From Candidatus Bathyarchaeota archaeon (GTDB lineage: Archaea; Thermoproteota; Bathyarchaeia; Bathyarchaeales; Bathyarchaeaceae), in the NCBI GenBank assembly GCA_963697165.1, contig CAVOMX010000001.1, positions 15,994 through 79,993 of the forward strand: a stretch of DNA of 64,000 nt. Direction: 5' to 3'. The translations under genes were made by a program, and so were the position numbers. Below the pieces are notes generated by a model. The model was not told the DNA's origin and did no database searches. It saw nothing but the letters and a program-made list of their open reading frames with translations. This document shows positions 63,808-64,000 of this stretch, piece by piece. Each line of letters opens with the position of its first letter. Position 1 is the stretch's first letter.

Positions 63808-64000
63808 AATAAGTTAATTAAAATAGTGTATGAATGAACAATCAGTAAAGATTCAATCAAACATTTAGCCATACCAGACAAGCTAAACTGTTTGAGAAAT
63901 TCCATAAGCATGTTATTTTATGTATTTTAAGGGTTTACGAAGAGTCCAGTGGGGAGTGTTTTTTGTGTATCTAATTTTTTCGTTTAATATGATGCACTGG

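Larger units (their letters stand above)
63455..63946 (+). mobile_element. Putative ~490-bp IR-bounded cassette carrying the Cys-peptide gene and its promoter
   Basis: GACTCTTTGT (63455)...ACGAAGAGTC (63937); homologous segments at 42720-42995, 46443-46660 and 54504-54850. Confidence 0.5.

Noticed and set aside
33561..63946. Repeats as a CRISPR array or canonical integron attC sites
   Set aside because: No regular repeat-spacer period and no cas genes; no RYYYAAC/GTTRRRY cores and no intI in the window

Overview
Archaeal window, most likely Bathyarchaeia. This is an inference from the methanofuran genes, the HdrA-MvhD/FwdF-like redox operon and GGTGA-type ribosome-binding sites. Many genes carry single-base frameshifts, probably long-read errors. 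1-33 kb is mostly metabolic: WrbA, two MDH/LDH-family enzymes, Nfo, citrate synthase, a mfnBDEF methanofuran cluster with a HisA-like gene, MsrA, a dTDP-sugar cluster, two CBS paralogues, a 4Fe-4S / HdrC-GltD / HdrA-MvhD / polyferredoxin operon, GNAT and LemA-HtpX. 33-64 kb is an accessory patchwork of single genes, paralogue pairs and gene fragments, separated by roughly two dozen arms of an inverted-repeat family (GACTCTTCGT...ACGAAGAGTC) whose full units all share one polarity, plus several minor repeat families. This patchwork hides unannotated microproteins. One is a 43-46 aa peptide ending LPIWCRGIMGGCVNCGGCV, present three times with only synonymous changes in that core. Its promoter carries GTNAC-N7-GTNAC boxes, paired 60-61 bp apart, and the same pair lies upstream of the Hdr operon. 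A 32-aa VRWDPITVRLEE protein and a 68-aa Cys-rich protein each occur twice. No rRNA, tRNA, CRISPR array, integrase or transposase was recognised.
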